Origin: a virus
Lineage: Duplodnaviria > Caudoviricetes
DNA: 57,818 nucleotides
IMG/VR virus record: IMGVR_UViG_3300032893_000051
Span: 1 to 57,818 of that record
Reading direction: 5' to 3' (one strand)
Below the pieces are notes generated by a model. That model ran no database searches. It was not told where the DNA came from and saw only the letters and a program-made list of their open reading frames with translations. Both the position numbers and the translations under genes were made by a program. How positions within the stretch are numbered: the stretch's first letter is position 1; every line of letters begins with the position of its first letter. Shown piece after piece: positions 28,706 to 38,430 of the stretch.

Positions 28706-30075
28706 CGTATCCACTTACTCGCTCCAGTGAGGCTGACGGGCTTCCAGTTAGTGGGCATTCCGGTTGACAGCTCGGAGATTGCCTGGGTCGATGCGTCCAC
28801 CTGATCGTCGTTCTTCCCGTTTGGAAATTCTGCCCATTCCTGTACGTAGTCTCCTATCCATGGTGCCAGGGATGGATCCGGAATCCAAACGTTTCCTGAC
28901 TCTATCTGCGGGGATACAGCCTGGGCGCGGAGTTCCTTTGACCCTTTGGGGCGTATGGGGACAATGCCGGCGATTTCGCGTTTGAGGGTGTCGATCAGGG
29001 CCGCGCCGTTTGCCGCTTCCTCCACGCACTTCTTACCGGCGTTCGGGTATCTGGCAGACAAAGTACGAAAGGCGCCTATGGTGTCCGTGAAAGAAAGACG
29101 CGCGCGTATCTGGTCGATCAGGTACTTATCGGCGCCAACCTTCCCCCACACCTGCCCCACGACGTAGTCGGTCGATGCGCCTTCCTTGAAGGTAAGGTCC
29201 CACGACGAAATCATCAGGTCCATTTGCGGGAGAGTCTTGTAGTACTTCCACCAGTGCCGCTTGACGATATTCCCTTCCTGCGGGCTCGGGCGTTGCTGGT
29301 AGAGAGCCTCGAAGTCCTGGCTTCCGATCGTCTTCTTGGTTTGCAGAAGAGTGTCGATGTCGAATCGCTCTGGCCACAGAGCCTTTCCCTCTTCGTCGAT
29401 CGCGGGCATCGAGAGGATTTCCCAGTCGTTCCCTTGCGTGTCGATCAAGTGCGCCGGCAGATCCTTGTCGGACCAGCGAGTTTGAATCAGCACGATCTTT
29501 CCGCCTGGCGCGAGTCGCGTGTAGAGCACAGAGCCGAACCAGTCTTTTATTTCCTTCAGAATCGGCTCGGAGTTCGCTTCCTGACGGTTCTTATGTATAT
29601 CGTCGATAATAATCAGATTCGCTCCGCGGGACGTAAGCGGACCTTTCGCTCCGACTGCGTAGTACGCGCCGCCTTGCTTGGTGTTGAATCGGTGAGCGGC
29701 GAGCGACTCGGGATTTAATTCTAGCTCTGGGAAGATCGCTTTGTAGTCCGGCGTGGTCATCAGCGCGCGGGTTTTCCGTCCAAAATCGGATGCTACTTCC
29801 TGCGAATACGTCGTGGATATCACTTCGTGGCTCGGGTGCCGGCCCATGTACCACGAGGGAAGTAGGGCATTCACCATTCTGGACTTCCCGTGCCGAGGAG
29901 GCGCGTAGATCATCAGCCGCATAATATCCCCGCGTTCTAGCGCCTCGATTCTGCGGACCATGCGGACGATATGGTTGGGAGTCTGGTAGTCGTCGTCCAT
30001 AACAGCAGCGTAGGAAAGTAAATCGTTCCGCGCCCATTGCTGTACGGCTATTTGTATTTCACTACGATGCTGCAT
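28702..30075 (-). CDS. terL: Terminase large subunit
   Basis: Walker A PPRHGKS, Walker B IIIDD, QTRW, ALYQQRP, SWD and NDDQVDA nuclease motif. Confidence 0.95.
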   Translation of the reverse strand: MQHRSEIQIAVQQWARNDLLSYAAVMDDDYQTPNHIVRMVRRIEALERGDIMRLMIYAPPRHGKSRMVNALLPSWYMGRHPSHEVISTTYSQEVASDFGRKTRALMTTPDYKAIFPELELNPESLAAHRFNTKQGGAYYAVGAKGPLTSRGANLIIIDDIHKNRQEANSEPILKEIKDWFGSVLYTRLAPGGKIVLIQTRWSDKDLPAHLIDTQGNDWEILSMPAIDEEGKALWPERFDIDTLLQTKKTIGSQDFEALYQQRPSPQEGNIVKRHWWKYYKTLPQMDLMISSWDLTFKEGASTDYVVGQVWGKVGADKYLIDQIRARLSFTDTIGAFRTLSARYPNAGKKCVEEAANGAALIDTLKREIAGIVPIRPKGSKELRAQAVSPQIESGNVWIPDPSLAPWIGDYVQEWAEFPNGKNDDQVDASTQAISELSTGMPTNWKPVSLTGASKWIR

Positions 30076-30141
30076 CGGCCGCAGATATAGCAGGAGATTT
30101 TCTCAACCAGTTTCGTGCACCCACACCGTGGGCACTTGCCT

Positions 30142-30537
30142 TTAGCCTTCGCCATCTTCCTTCCCCTTGATGAAGTTCTCGGCCGCGCGCCTGGCTTTGT
30201 CGGGCGTCCACTGCGGCAGAAGGTTCAGGCTCCCCGAGACATCCACTGCCTGCCTGGGTTTGCCCACAATTCGGTCGAGCAACGCGTTATAATGTTTCTC
30301 CGACCCCTGGAGACCCTTGATGGCCATCGAAGCAAGCATAACCCGAAGGACGCTGGATTTAGGGTCGTTCTGGATCGCCTTCAAGTCGTCGATGCTCCCC
30401 TCCAGCATCAGGGTAGCGATGTTCGAAAGTTCCTGTGTGGTGAGTATTCTTATTCTTTTAAATTCCTCGTCCACTTTCGGGCGGCCGCCGGGATTCCCGC
30501 TCTGGCCCGGCTTAAACTGCGTATCTTCCTTCGGCAT
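30142..30537 (-). CDS. terS: Terminase small subunit
   Basis: FKPGQSGNPGGRPK N-terminal motif; directly upstream of terL. Confidence 0.8.
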   Translation of the reverse strand: MPKEDTQFKPGQSGNPGGRPKVDEEFKRIRILTTQELSNIATLMLEGSIDDLKAIQNDPKSSVLRVMLASMAIKGLQGSEKHYNALLDRIVGKPRQAVDVSGSLNLLPQWTPDKARRAAENFIKGKEDGEG

Positions 30538-30668
30538 CCAGTATTGCCTCCTGTATTCAGGTTATGCACCATCTAGAAAAAAAGAAAGAAAGTTTACTAT
30601 GCGGCGCCTTCCACAACCCAAGGTTGTCATATCGAGTCTAAAATAAACCAGCTACCATGAGGGTAAGA

Positions 30669-30721
30669 AGTCGGCCGGCTGGGCGCAGAGGGTGCTAGGG
30701 AATTTGCCCGCCGGTCGGCTT
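30669..30721 (+). other. Strong GC-rich stem-loop in the divergent late/accessory intergenic region
   Basis: AAGTCGGCCGGC-TGGGC...GCCC-GCCGGTCGGCTT inverted repeat. Confidence 0.5.
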
Positions 30722-30737
30722 CGGGCAAGGAGGACTG

Positions 30738-31163
30738 ATGACCATCTACCAGGTGGAAGAAGGCCTCTACCGCGGCGGCCCGCCAACCGTCGAATCCTAC
30801 AGACTACTGTCCCAAATGAGCACCATACTGAATCTCCGATCCTGGCCCCCAGCGGTTCGGAAGGAGTACGATTTGTTCCGCCGGCCCCGCGTTCGCATTC
30901 TCACTGACCCCTGGATGCCGTTCATGCCGCCGTCCCATCGCTGCACGGACGCAGCAATCGCCCTTATTGAGAACAAGGATCTTCGGCCCATTTATGTGCA
31001 CTGCCTGAATGGTCTGGACCGCACCGGCTACATCATCGCGGCCTACAGGGTTAAGAAGTGCGGCTGGTCGATTCGCGAGGCGGTCACAGAAATGCGCAGC
31101 GTCGGATTCTCCTGGGCCTATGGATTCTGGATTTGGCAGCTTCAGGACTATTGTCTGAGATAA
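30738..31163 (+). CDS. Tyrosine/dual-specificity phosphatase
   Basis: LYRGG, ILNLR and P-loop VHCLNGLDRTG (CX5R). Confidence 0.9.
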   Translation: MTIYQVEEGLYRGGPPTVESYRLLSQMSTILNLRSWPPAVRKEYDLFRRPRVRILTDPWMPFMPPSHRCTDAAIALIENKDLRPIYVHCLNGLDRTGYIIAAYRVKKCGWSIREAVTEMRSVGFSWAYGFWIWQLQDYCLR

Positions 31164-31231
31164 AAACCCGGCGCGCGTTTGTCCTCGCCAGGCAACGGCG
31201 CCGGGCCTATCTCTGGAGGCAGCCAGAGAAT

Positions 31232-32158
31232 TCAGTCAACCATGAGTCCGAAGAATTCGAGGATTACAAATCCCGCGACTAGGCAGACCATCACTAGGAA
31301 GATGTAGAACGGCCAACTGTGGTCATCTCCGGTTGCGGAGATTTCTTCCTTGTCCACGTTGAAAATCAAAGCATCCGACGCAACACTGTTGCATTTCACA
31401 CCATTTTTGTCGGTGGCCTTGGTCCAGATGTAGCCTTTTTCTCCCCACTCCGTGCCCCAGGAGTTTTTCACGTGGAACAATCCCACGCCGTTCGGCAGGT
31501 TGCCCTCTGCGTTAAACTTGCATTGTCCCTCACAATCATATCCGGTCAGTAAAACCATGTGGTTCACCTGACCTGGAGTGCAGGCCTTGTACACTCCGCC
31601 CTGATACAGCTCCCAGTGCATGTCCGCATAAACGTCGACAGACACGGGGTGGTGCAGCACGCCGACGGAGTAGGCGATATCGCGGAAGCTGGGGCCGTTC
31701 ATTTCTCCCAGCATCGAATAACTCTCTGCGGAGGCGACGGGTTTGAGATGCCGGCAGGTCGAGGTCTGTCCAGTGTACGGCCACTGATTGTACGTCGGAG
31801 GTCCTTTCGGATTTATGAACCACTCCGCCGCGTCGAAATCCCCTCCACTGCATCCGTCCGCAGTTTCGTAGTCGCAGTCGATCAGATAGTTGAACGACAG
31901 CCGCCCCGGATCCCGTCCGGAGTTTAACAGCGTGTCTCGGAGGTTTCCGGTTAGTGAGAAGTCGTAGCAGTCCCCGCATTCCCCCTGGTTCTCCACGGGC
32001 GAGGCTTTCAGGTCGTACTTATTCGGGATGACGGAGGTTTCCGCGAGAAACGAAATGTGCGGCATCGCCTCGAGCATCTTGTGGGTTTTTCGCTTCAGGC
32101 CTTTGGGATGCAGCGCATAGGCGTTCGTCGCAATCAGAAGGATGAGAATCAGTCGCAT
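31232..32158 (-). CDS. Papain-family (C1A) cysteine protease, exported and membrane-anchored
   Basis: NQGECGDCY, NHMV and KNSWGTEWG catalytic motifs; signal peptide; C-terminal transmembrane helix. Confidence 0.9.
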   Translation of the reverse strand: MRLILILLIATNAYALHPKGLKRKTHKMLEAMPHISFLAETSVIPNKYDLKASPVENQGECGDCYDFSLTGNLRDTLLNSGRDPGRLSFNYLIDCDYETADGCSGGDFDAAEWFINPKGPPTYNQWPYTGQTSTCRHLKPVASAESYSMLGEMNGPSFRDIAYSVGVLHHPVSVDVYADMHWELYQGGVYKACTPGQVNHMVLLTGYDCEGQCKFNAEGNLPNGVGLFHVKNSWGTEWGEKGYIWTKATDKNGVKCNSVASDALIFNVDKEEISATGDDHSWPFYIFLVMVCLVAGFVILEFFGLMVD

Positions 32159-32167
32159 AGGAACTCC

Positions 32168-32311
32168 CTATTTCTTGAATGCCTTTACGTGGTCGATGAA
32201 GTCCTGGGCCGTCTGTGCGGGACTCGAGCTGCCGGTGATCAGTTTGATGATGTCCGGCAAAACCTTCCCCAGCTCCGCCAAAATGAACATAAGCCATTGT
32301 TCCCATGTCAT
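32168..32311 (-). CDS. Small amphipathic protein (47 aa, MTWEQWLMFILAELGKVLPDIIKLITG...)
   Basis: GGAGG upstream; ends 10 nt before the protease start; not in the ORF track. Confidence 0.55.
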   Translation of the reverse strand: MTWEQWLMFILAELGKVLPDIIKLITGSSSPAQTAQDFIDHVKAFKK

Positions 32312-32340
32312 AGCTCATCCTCCCCATGTAGAATAATAGC

Positions 32341-32556
32341 ATGGGTGACCTCGACTTTAAGCAGTTCGTGGAGTGGGCGTTCATGGCGATCCTTTCTGGA
32401 GCGATAGGACTCAGCGCCAGATCTCTAGATCGAATTACCAAAAGTGTGGAGCATCTGAACGAGAAAATGGCCGTGATTCTTGAACGCATCTCCTGGCACC
32501 AGAAGGAGATCGAGGACCACTCAAAGCGCATCTCCAAACTCGAATCTGACGACTAG
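32341..32556 (+). CDS. Single-transmembrane coiled-coil protein (holin-like)
   Basis: N-terminal hydrophobic helix followed by heptads ending RISKLE. Confidence 0.55.
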   Translation: MGDLDFKQFVEWAFMAILSGAIGLSARSLDRITKSVEHLNEKMAVILERISWHQKEIEDHSKRISKLESDD

Positions 32557-32611
32557 CCCTATCGACAAAGTCAAGACTTCTCCTGTATCCTGAACCTCTC
32601 AGGAGGAAAAC

Positions 32612-32884
32612 ATGCCAACGGAATCAGTGAACGTTTTGGTGAACCAGGACACGTACGCGGTGGGTTTGGCTTTGGCGAAGTTCGCCGCCGACGTGAAGGC
32701 GGCATTCAAGGCCGGCGGATCCGTCGCGGAAGTTACGGCCATTGCCACGGCGGCGGTGACGGATCTCCTTCCGCAAGTCCAGAACCTTTCTCAACTGGTG
32801 CCTGAAGCCCAGGCGAACCTTTCGGCCGAGGTGAATACGGCCGCATTAGTGGGTCAGGCGATTTACATGGCTCTGGCGTCGTAG
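32612..32884 (+). CDS. Hypothetical Ala-rich protein
   Basis: Strong RBS AGGAGG. Confidence 0.7.
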   Translation: MPTESVNVLVNQDTYAVGLALAKFAADVKAAFKAGGSVAEVTAIATAAVTDLLPQVQNLSQLVPEAQANLSAEVNTAALVGQAIYMALAS

Positions 32885-32977
32885 AGTCTCCCCGCGCAGG
32901 AGGGGCGTCGTGGCAGCGGTAACGCCGGTCATTGGTCCCGAAATGCTGCTAGGCGACCGGGACCCCAAAAGGAACAT

Positions 32978-33946
32978 ATGGAACGGCATTTAGTCGACCA
33001 AATACGGCACAAGGAACTTTCAGGGGACAACACCCTGCACGTCATCGGTGTGATCTCAAATCCCATTCGCTACCACTCTAGATACCGGTTGTTCCGGCAG
33101 TGGTACGAAGAGATGCAGAACACTCCAAACGTGAAGGTCTACGTAGTCGAGGTAGCCTACGGAGATCGGCAGTTCGAGTGCACGGACAGGGGGAACGTCT
33201 GCCACCTTCAGCTTCGGGCGACGCAGGAGATTTGGCTGAAGGAGGGAATGATCAATCTCGGTGTGGAAGAACTGCTTCCGAAAGATTGGAAGTACGTATC
33301 CTGGCAGGACGCCGACATCCACTTCTGCGATCCAAACTGGGCGCAGGAGGCTCTGCATCAGCTGCAGTTTTTCAAGGTGATCCAACCCTGGCGCGATTGT
33401 CTGGACCTAGGGTTTCACGGCACGGTTCTACAGCACTTCCAGAGTTTCTGCTATGTGCACAGACTTGGTGTGGAGAAACAAAAGCATCCCACCGATCCAT
33501 ATAAATACGCCCACTCCGGATTCGCGTGGTGCGCGCGCCGAGACTGGTGGGAGGCGATCGACAAGCTGATTGACTTCGCGATTTTGGGAAGTGCCGATCA
33601 CCACATGGCGTTTGGACTAGTCGGCGAGGAGAAGGACACCATACACGCCAAGGCCCACGAGAATTTCCACAAGCTGATCTACGAATGGTCGTTCCGGGCG
33701 TACCGCGCGTGCCAGGGACGAGTTGGATTCTGTCCCGGACGGATCGAACACCAGTTCCACGGACCGAAGGCCAAGCGCCGGTACCGCGAGCGGTGGCAGA
33801 TTCCGATTCGACATAACTACGATCCGGTGAAAGACTTAACCTACGATGCCCAGGGTCTCCCGAAACTCATCGGTAAGCCAGCACTGCTTCAGGATTGCCA
33901 CGAATACCTTGTGGCTCGTAACGAAGATAACCTCGAAGATTGGTAA
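32978..33946 (+). CDS. GT-A-fold glycosyltransferase-like protein
   Basis: WLKEGMINLG...YVSWQDADIHF (DxD), SGFAW and GSADH motifs. Confidence 0.65.
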   Translation: MERHLVDQIRHKELSGDNTLHVIGVISNPIRYHSRYRLFRQWYEEMQNTPNVKVYVVEVAYGDRQFECTDRGNVCHLQLRATQEIWLKEGMINLGVEELLPKDWKYVSWQDADIHFCDPNWAQEALHQLQFFKVIQPWRDCLDLGFHGTVLQHFQSFCYVHRLGVEKQKHPTDPYKYAHSGFAWCARRDWWEAIDKLIDFAILGSADHHMAFGLVGEEKDTIHAKAHENFHKLIYEWSFRAYRACQGRVGFCPGRIEHQFHGPKAKRRYRERWQIPIRHNYDPVKDLTYDAQGLPKLIGKPALLQDCHEYLVARNEDNLEDW

Positions 33947-33956
33947 GGAGAAAACG

Positions 33957-34157
33957 ATGCCCGAACCAGTAACCGAAATCCTCATGTACCGACACCGCGG
34001 ATACAAAAACTCCATGAACGGAGTTGTGGTCCAAGTTTTCGGTAACGACCCAGCGCCCACGGATCCGGATCCAACGATCAACTACACGCTCCTGTGGGAC
34101 CACGACGTTGTGACTACTACTACCGTGAAGCCGCACCAGGACCAGCCCGCGGCTTGA
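33957..34157 (+). CDS. Small hypothetical protein
   Basis: AAGGAG RBS; ATG at 33957. Confidence 0.6.
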   Translation: MPEPVTEILMYRHRGYKNSMNGVVVQVFGNDPAPTDPDPTINYTLLWDHDVVTTTTVKPHQDQPAA

Positions 34158-34158
34158 T

Positions 34159-34566
34159 ATGGTCAAGACGTACAAGAAGGGCTCCGGAACCCCGCTGTCT
34201 GAGCACTTCACTACTGCTAGCTTCGACTGCCACTGCACGCGAGCGAGCTGCGCAGAAACACTGGTGGACGAGAGCCTTCCGCCGGCTTTGGAACTTCTGT
34301 GGAAAATCGCAGGACCTTTCGAAGTTAATTCTGGATACCGATGCATGGAGCACAATGCGGAGGTTGGTGGAAAACAGGACTCCCAGCACATGTTCGGGAA
34401 AGCCGCCGACTGCCAATCTCTGAAGGGCTACTCCGGCCCGGCAATGGCCAGGTACGCGGAGCAGGTGCCTAGGTTTTCGGCCGGGGGAGTGGGGGTGTAC
34501 AAGGATTTCTGCCATGTTGACACTAGGGGTTATAGAGCCAGGTGGTCCGCCCCTCTAAGCTGCTGA
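34159..34566 (+). CDS. Peptidase M15A family endolysin
   Basis: SGYRC..HN..VGG...SQH..GKAAD and FCHVDTR Zn motifs. Confidence 0.9.
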   Translation: MVKTYKKGSGTPLSEHFTTASFDCHCTRASCAETLVDESLPPALELLWKIAGPFEVNSGYRCMEHNAEVGGKQDSQHMFGKAADCQSLKGYSGPAMARYAEQVPRFSAGGVGVYKDFCHVDTRGYRARWSAPLSC

Positions 34567-34623
34567 TTTTTATCTATAAATAGCCACGATATTTCTTTCA
34601 CAATCTTTCGCTAAAATCTAAGT

Positions 34624-35184
34624 ATGAAGTACGTTGCTTGGATTTTATTACTGACCGGCTGCGGGAAGTGGCTGCCCGTGGCCAATGTTTCCTCCCCCTC
34701 GCCGACTCCCTCGGCGGAGTTGGTATCGCCCAGCGAGTCCAGAGTCGTCCCGAAGTCGACGCCTACCCCGACTCCGAAACCTACAGCGACGCCGACGCCA
34801 AATCCCTGGCAGGACTGTCAGACCTACGGGACCCAGCAGAGCTACACGCCGAACAACCGGGACTTCCAAGTACAGATCATGCCCCTGAAGTGCAACTTTC
34901 CGCCGACAAACATTGGCTCGTCCTACTCAAAGATTTCCTCTGACGAGTACGACGTGGAGGTAGAGTCCTTACTCAGCGGTGTTCCGACCCAGTGTCAAAA
35001 TATATTGAACGTCGCTCCGGAGGGCGCGTCGGATCTGCTCTGCAAGCTCAATTTTTCTGGAGCCAGCGCAGACGTCGGGAACCTGGTTACCGTCTCATAC
35101 ACCATCTCTGCCTCGTATTCCCTGGCCGGCCAAACCACGCAAATATCTTCCTCGAGCTGGACGACGCTAACGCTTTCCTACTAG
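34624..35184 (+). CDS. Lipoprotein with Pro/Thr linker
   Basis: Lipobox LTGC; PTPTP repeats. Confidence 0.7.
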   Translation: MKYVAWILLLTGCGKWLPVANVSSPSPTPSAELVSPSESRVVPKSTPTPTPKPTATPTPNPWQDCQTYGTQQSYTPNNRDFQVQIMPLKCNFPPTNIGSSYSKISSDEYDVEVESLLSGVPTQCQNILNVAPEGASDLLCKLNFSGASADVGNLVTVSYTISASYSLAGQTTQISSSSWTTLTLSY

Positions 35185-35219
35185 GCCTTCTGGTATACTG
35201 AAAGTCCAGGAGGTCGAAA

Positions 35220-35975
35220 ATGAGGGTGCTAATCCTAATTCTAGTCCTCTTCTCGCTTTCGCTTCGTGCGGACGACACCTCCGATCCCATTGGCGACGAT
35301 TACTCGAAACCCACTCAGGACATCCATTTCCACATTCTCCCCCGGAAATACGCCACGGAAATCGAGTCGGAGATCCGTCAGGCTCCGAACCAGCAGCTGC
35401 GCACGGCCCAGTACACGGATCAAGCTCTCTCTCAGCTGATGAAAGTTGCCGTCGCCCGGCTGCGTGCGGAGAACTTCAAGGACGAAGCCTACCAAATCGA
35501 GAGCATCTACCGGATCCAGTACGATGGTTTTCTGACCAAGATGGTTGCCGGGAACATCGCTGCGGGTAGGGACATTGGCGACCACAAACCACTGATCGCC
35601 TGGCTCGCAAACGTAATGGCTACTCTGGAGCGAACGTTGGGATTTGGCACCTGCAAGGCCTTGCATCTCACGGACATAGACGTTTTTAATTACGCGATTC
35701 CGATCGTTTTCCACCCCTGTACCTTCCCGATGGACGCGGTGACCGTCGATCGGCAAACGGAGTACCGCGAGCATTTCGCGGATTCTCCCAGGTACGGCGG
35801 TGGATTGATTCCGGTTGTGGTTTTCTGGGTTGCCGACATCGTGTGTTCCGCCGCCACGTTCGGGGGCGGATGGTTCTTCATCTGCACTCCCATCTCGGAT
35901 CTTGCCGAGTGGGCTATGCAAAAGTGGATCGCACCTAAGCTTTCAGACGACATATTCACGAAATCCTGCGGTTGA
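35220..35975 (+). CDS. Exported Cys-containing hypothetical protein
   Basis: Signal peptide MRVLILILVLFSLSLRA; C-terminal hydrophobic hairpin with Cys. Confidence 0.7.
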   Translation: MRVLILILVLFSLSLRADDTSDPIGDDYSKPTQDIHFHILPRKYATEIESEIRQAPNQQLRTAQYTDQALSQLMKVAVARLRAENFKDEAYQIESIYRIQYDGFLTKMVAGNIAAGRDIGDHKPLIAWLANVMATLERTLGFGTCKALHLTDIDVFNYAIPIVFHPCTFPMDAVTVDRQTEYREHFADSPRYGGGLIPVVVFWVADIVCSAATFGGGWFFICTPISDLAEWAMQKWIAPKLSDDIFTKSCG

Positions 35976-35996
35976 TCTCCTAAGAAGGAGTGAAGC

Positions 35997-36722
35997 TTGA
36001 AGGGTGAAAACTACCTGATCGTGTCCGATCTACAGATTCCTTTCGAGGCCAGCGGTGCGCTTGAATTTTGCCGCTCTCTGAAGGAGCAGTACAAAATCCC
36101 CGACGAGAACTGCCTCTGCGTTGGGGATGAAGTGGATCAGTATTTCGGGTCGATGTACCTGCACGATCCGGACGCCACCCACACGCCGAGCTCCGAGATC
36201 TATCTGTCGATAAAAAGAATGCGGGAGTGGTACAAGGCCTTCCCCAAGATGAAGGTCTGCGAGTCGAACCACGGGCAAAGGTGGGCGAAGAAGGCCTCTG
36301 CTGCAGGAATACCATCGATCATGATGAGGCTGTACCAGGAGGTACTACAGGCTCCTTCCGGCTGGATGTGGGCGAGAAAGTGGCAGGTGAACGCTTCCGC
36401 ACAGCCGTTCATGGTAATGCACGGGATGGGGTATTCGGGGCAGAGCGCCTTCAGGCAAATGGCGGTGAACAACGGCATGTCCACCGTACACGGCCACCTT
36501 CACGCTAACGCAGGGATCGCGTACGTGAAAACAGAGGGAGCGGACCTCTGGGGTATGAATTGTGGGAGTCTAATTGATGTGAATGCATATGCCTTCCATT
36601 ACGCTAAAGACCATAAGTTCAAGCCTTTCGTTGGAACCGGTCTGGTTCTGGAGGGCGGTCGACTACCTGTGCTGATTCCGCTAACAGGGCGTCCATCACT
36701 ATCTTCGTCACCTCTCCCGTGA
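35997..36722 (+). CDS. Calcineurin-like metallophosphoesterase
   Basis: SDLQ, GDEVD, SNH, MHG and GHLH motifs. Confidence 0.85.
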   Translation: MKGENYLIVSDLQIPFEASGALEFCRSLKEQYKIPDENCLCVGDEVDQYFGSMYLHDPDATHTPSSEIYLSIKRMREWYKAFPKMKVCESNHGQRWAKKASAAGIPSIMMRLYQEVLQAPSGWMWARKWQVNASAQPFMVMHGMGYSGQSAFRQMAVNNGMSTVHGHLHANAGIAYVKTEGADLWGMNCGSLIDVNAYAFHYAKDHKFKPFVGTGLVLEGGRLPVLIPLTGRPSLSSSPLP

Positions 36723-36837
36723 TGTTCCTACAGTTTCGCTCGGCCCTCTGCCGTAGTTGGTTGGCCAGAGCCGCCGGCAGCCAAACTTCGGGCTTGTAGC
36801 ACTTTTTACCGCTCATTTTCTTGGGGTCTCTGGGCAT
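36619..36837 (-). CDS. Arc/ribbon-helix-helix DNA-binding protein
   Basis: VWLPAALANQLRQRAERNCRNITGEV. Confidence 0.7.
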   Translation of the reverse strand: MPRDPKKMSGKKCYKPEVWLPAALANQLRQRAERNCRNITGEVTKIVMDALLAESAQVVDRPPEPDRFQRKA

Positions 36838-36994
36838 CCAAGCTCCTTAACCTTTTTTTCGTCCAGCCGAGCACTCCAAGTATCAGCTTCGTGCTTAAGC
36901 CCCTGCGTCTCAACTCGGCCACAAGCGCTCTTTCGTAGAGTATCCTGTCCGATTTCGTGGGCAAGAGGAGTCGCGTCGCTTTCAGACTGGTCAT
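36806..36994 (-). CDS. Small HTH-like protein
   Basis: ELRRRGLSTKLILGVLGW; ATG at 36994 coupled to upstream stop. Confidence 0.5.
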   Translation of the reverse strand: MTSLKATRLLLPTKSDRILYERALVAELRRRGLSTKLILGVLGWTKKRLRSLDAQRPQENER

Positions 36995-37257
36995 CGGTTG
37001 CAGGTATAGTGCATTATTAAAGCCACCGCGATTCCGGAAAGGTATCCGAGCCAGTCCCTCATTCCGGATCCGGCCACCTCCGGAGTCTCCTCGCGAGGAT
37101 CGAGCAGCCACTCCTTCAGCCCCGACAGCACCGCCACGGACCCCGTGATCCAGTAGACGTGATGCGGGAAGCAGGAGAAGGCCATGAAAACCATCATCGC
37201 CCCGAAGCAGAAATGCGCGTTGTCCGCGAGATTGTAGAACGCTCTGTCGTCAATCAC
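36991..37257 (-). CDS. Small membrane protein
   Basis: Three hydrophobic helices with D..HF, KEW.D and D motifs. Confidence 0.6.
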   Translation of the reverse strand: MIDDRAFYNLADNAHFCFGAMMVFMAFSCFPHHVYWITGSVAVLSGLKEWLLDPREETPEVAGSGMRDWLGYLSGIAVALIMHYTCNR

Positions 37258-37447
37258 CGGTCGGCCCTCTGAACTTTCTTCCGTCGCCTATGGAGGCGGT
37301 GTACTGTCCCTGCCCATATCCCGCCCACTTTCTGCATTCATCGCACAGCCGAAAGGACGGGTTCCTAGGGATTTTCTTTTCGCACCGGAGACATGTTTGC
37401 TCGGGCGGCTTTGCGTCGGGCGAGACGCCTCTGATGGGAATTCCCAC
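37250..37447 (-). CDS. Small zinc-finger protein
   Basis: CLRC...RLCDEC. Confidence 0.5.
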   Translation of the reverse strand: MGIPIRGVSPDAKPPEQTCLRCEKKIPRNPSFRLCDECRKWAGYGQGQYTASIGDGRKFRGPTGD

Positions 37448-37531
37448 TGGGTCCTCCTGTCGGCGGATGTTTGATCAAATGATATTCTCTGGAAGTCATT
37501 TTTTCCCCAAACTCTCTCCGATATTTCGTCC

Positions 37532-37789
37532 TCACTTTTTAGACTCTTTCGGAGCTTTCGGTTTCTGACAGGCCTGCAGCTGCTGGTTCAGGTTCGCGAT
37601 TTGGTACACGAGGGCGGTGATTGCCTCCTCGGGAGTCGCGCCCTTCACGTATTCGATGGCTCCGGTCTGCGGGTCAAAGGTCGCCAGCTCGCGAAGACCC
37701 GTGATGTGAATCGGCTCGGGTTTTTTCGGCGCGTCAGCCGCCGATGCCAACGCTGCGGCCGTCATAATTACTACCAGTAGGTTTCTCAT
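37532..37789 (-). CDS. Small exported protein
   Basis: Signal peptide MRNLLVVIMTAAALASA; AGGAGG RBS. Confidence 0.65.
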   Translation of the reverse strand: MRNLLVVIMTAAALASAADAPKKPEPIHITGLRELATFDPQTGAIEYVKGATPEEAITALVYQIANLNQQLQACQKPKAPKESKK

Positions 37790-37925
37790 TTTTCCTCCTA
37801 AGTGCTTTGATGATTTTTTCGTAAACTAGAGTCGCATTAAGCAGGCTTCCGTTGTCGATCTCCTGCTTTACTTTCGACAAATCATCCCAGTTCACCACGA
37901 TCAGTTCCCACTTTATTTCGCTCAC
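37734..37925 (-). CDS. Hypothetical protein
   Basis: AGGAGG RBS; GTG start. Confidence 0.45.
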   Translation of the reverse strand: MSEIKWELIVVNWDDLSKVKQEIDNGSLLNATLVYEKIIKALRRKNEKPTGSNYDGRSVGIGG

Positions 37926-37935
37926 TTCTCCTCCT

Positions 37936-38430
37936 TTATTTAGGACTTAATCTTGAAAATCTATAATCTATCGGAGCGAAAAGCCTTACCGGATCTGGAC
38001 CGAAGTTTCTAAATCTAGCAGAAATCGTATTGAAATTAAGGTCTAGAAAGAGACACCAGTCGATAAGATGCCTTTTTTCTCCCAGATAAGTAATAAATCT
38101 TGCGTCTCTTCTTCCTCTAGCCTGTTCTCTCGCAGTCGCCCACCTGCAGTTTCGAGGAGAGTAATTTCCGTCGGCATTTATTCTATCAAGGGAATGCTTA
38201 GCAGACGGCGGTTGCCCCATATCGTCTCGGAAGTTTTCAAATCTCTCCCAACGTTTGCACACCTTAATTCCTCTACCACCATAATAACGGAAATGAACGT
38301 GCCCTTTTAGCCTGCATCTCTTGTGCATTCCAGACCAAATATTATAGAGTCTCGTTTTCGTCTCTCCGTGTGTTTTCTTACCGGGTCGTCTCAATCGTCC
38401 TCCGCTAAGTTCCAGAATAAATGCCCACAC
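37936..38430 (-). CDS. HNH homing endonuclease
   Basis: YGGRGIKVC.RW..FENF..DMG and SLDRI..DGNY.P.NCRWAT motifs; AT-richer than flanks; start uncertain. Confidence 0.88.
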   Translation of the reverse strand: MWAFILELSGGRLRRPGKKTHGETKTRLYNIWSGMHKRCRLKGHVHFRYYGGRGIKVCKRWERFENFRDDMGQPPSAKHSLDRINADGNYSPRNCRWATAREQARGRRDARFITYLGEKRHLIDWCLFLDLNFNTISARFRNFGPDPVRLFAPIDYRFSRLSPK

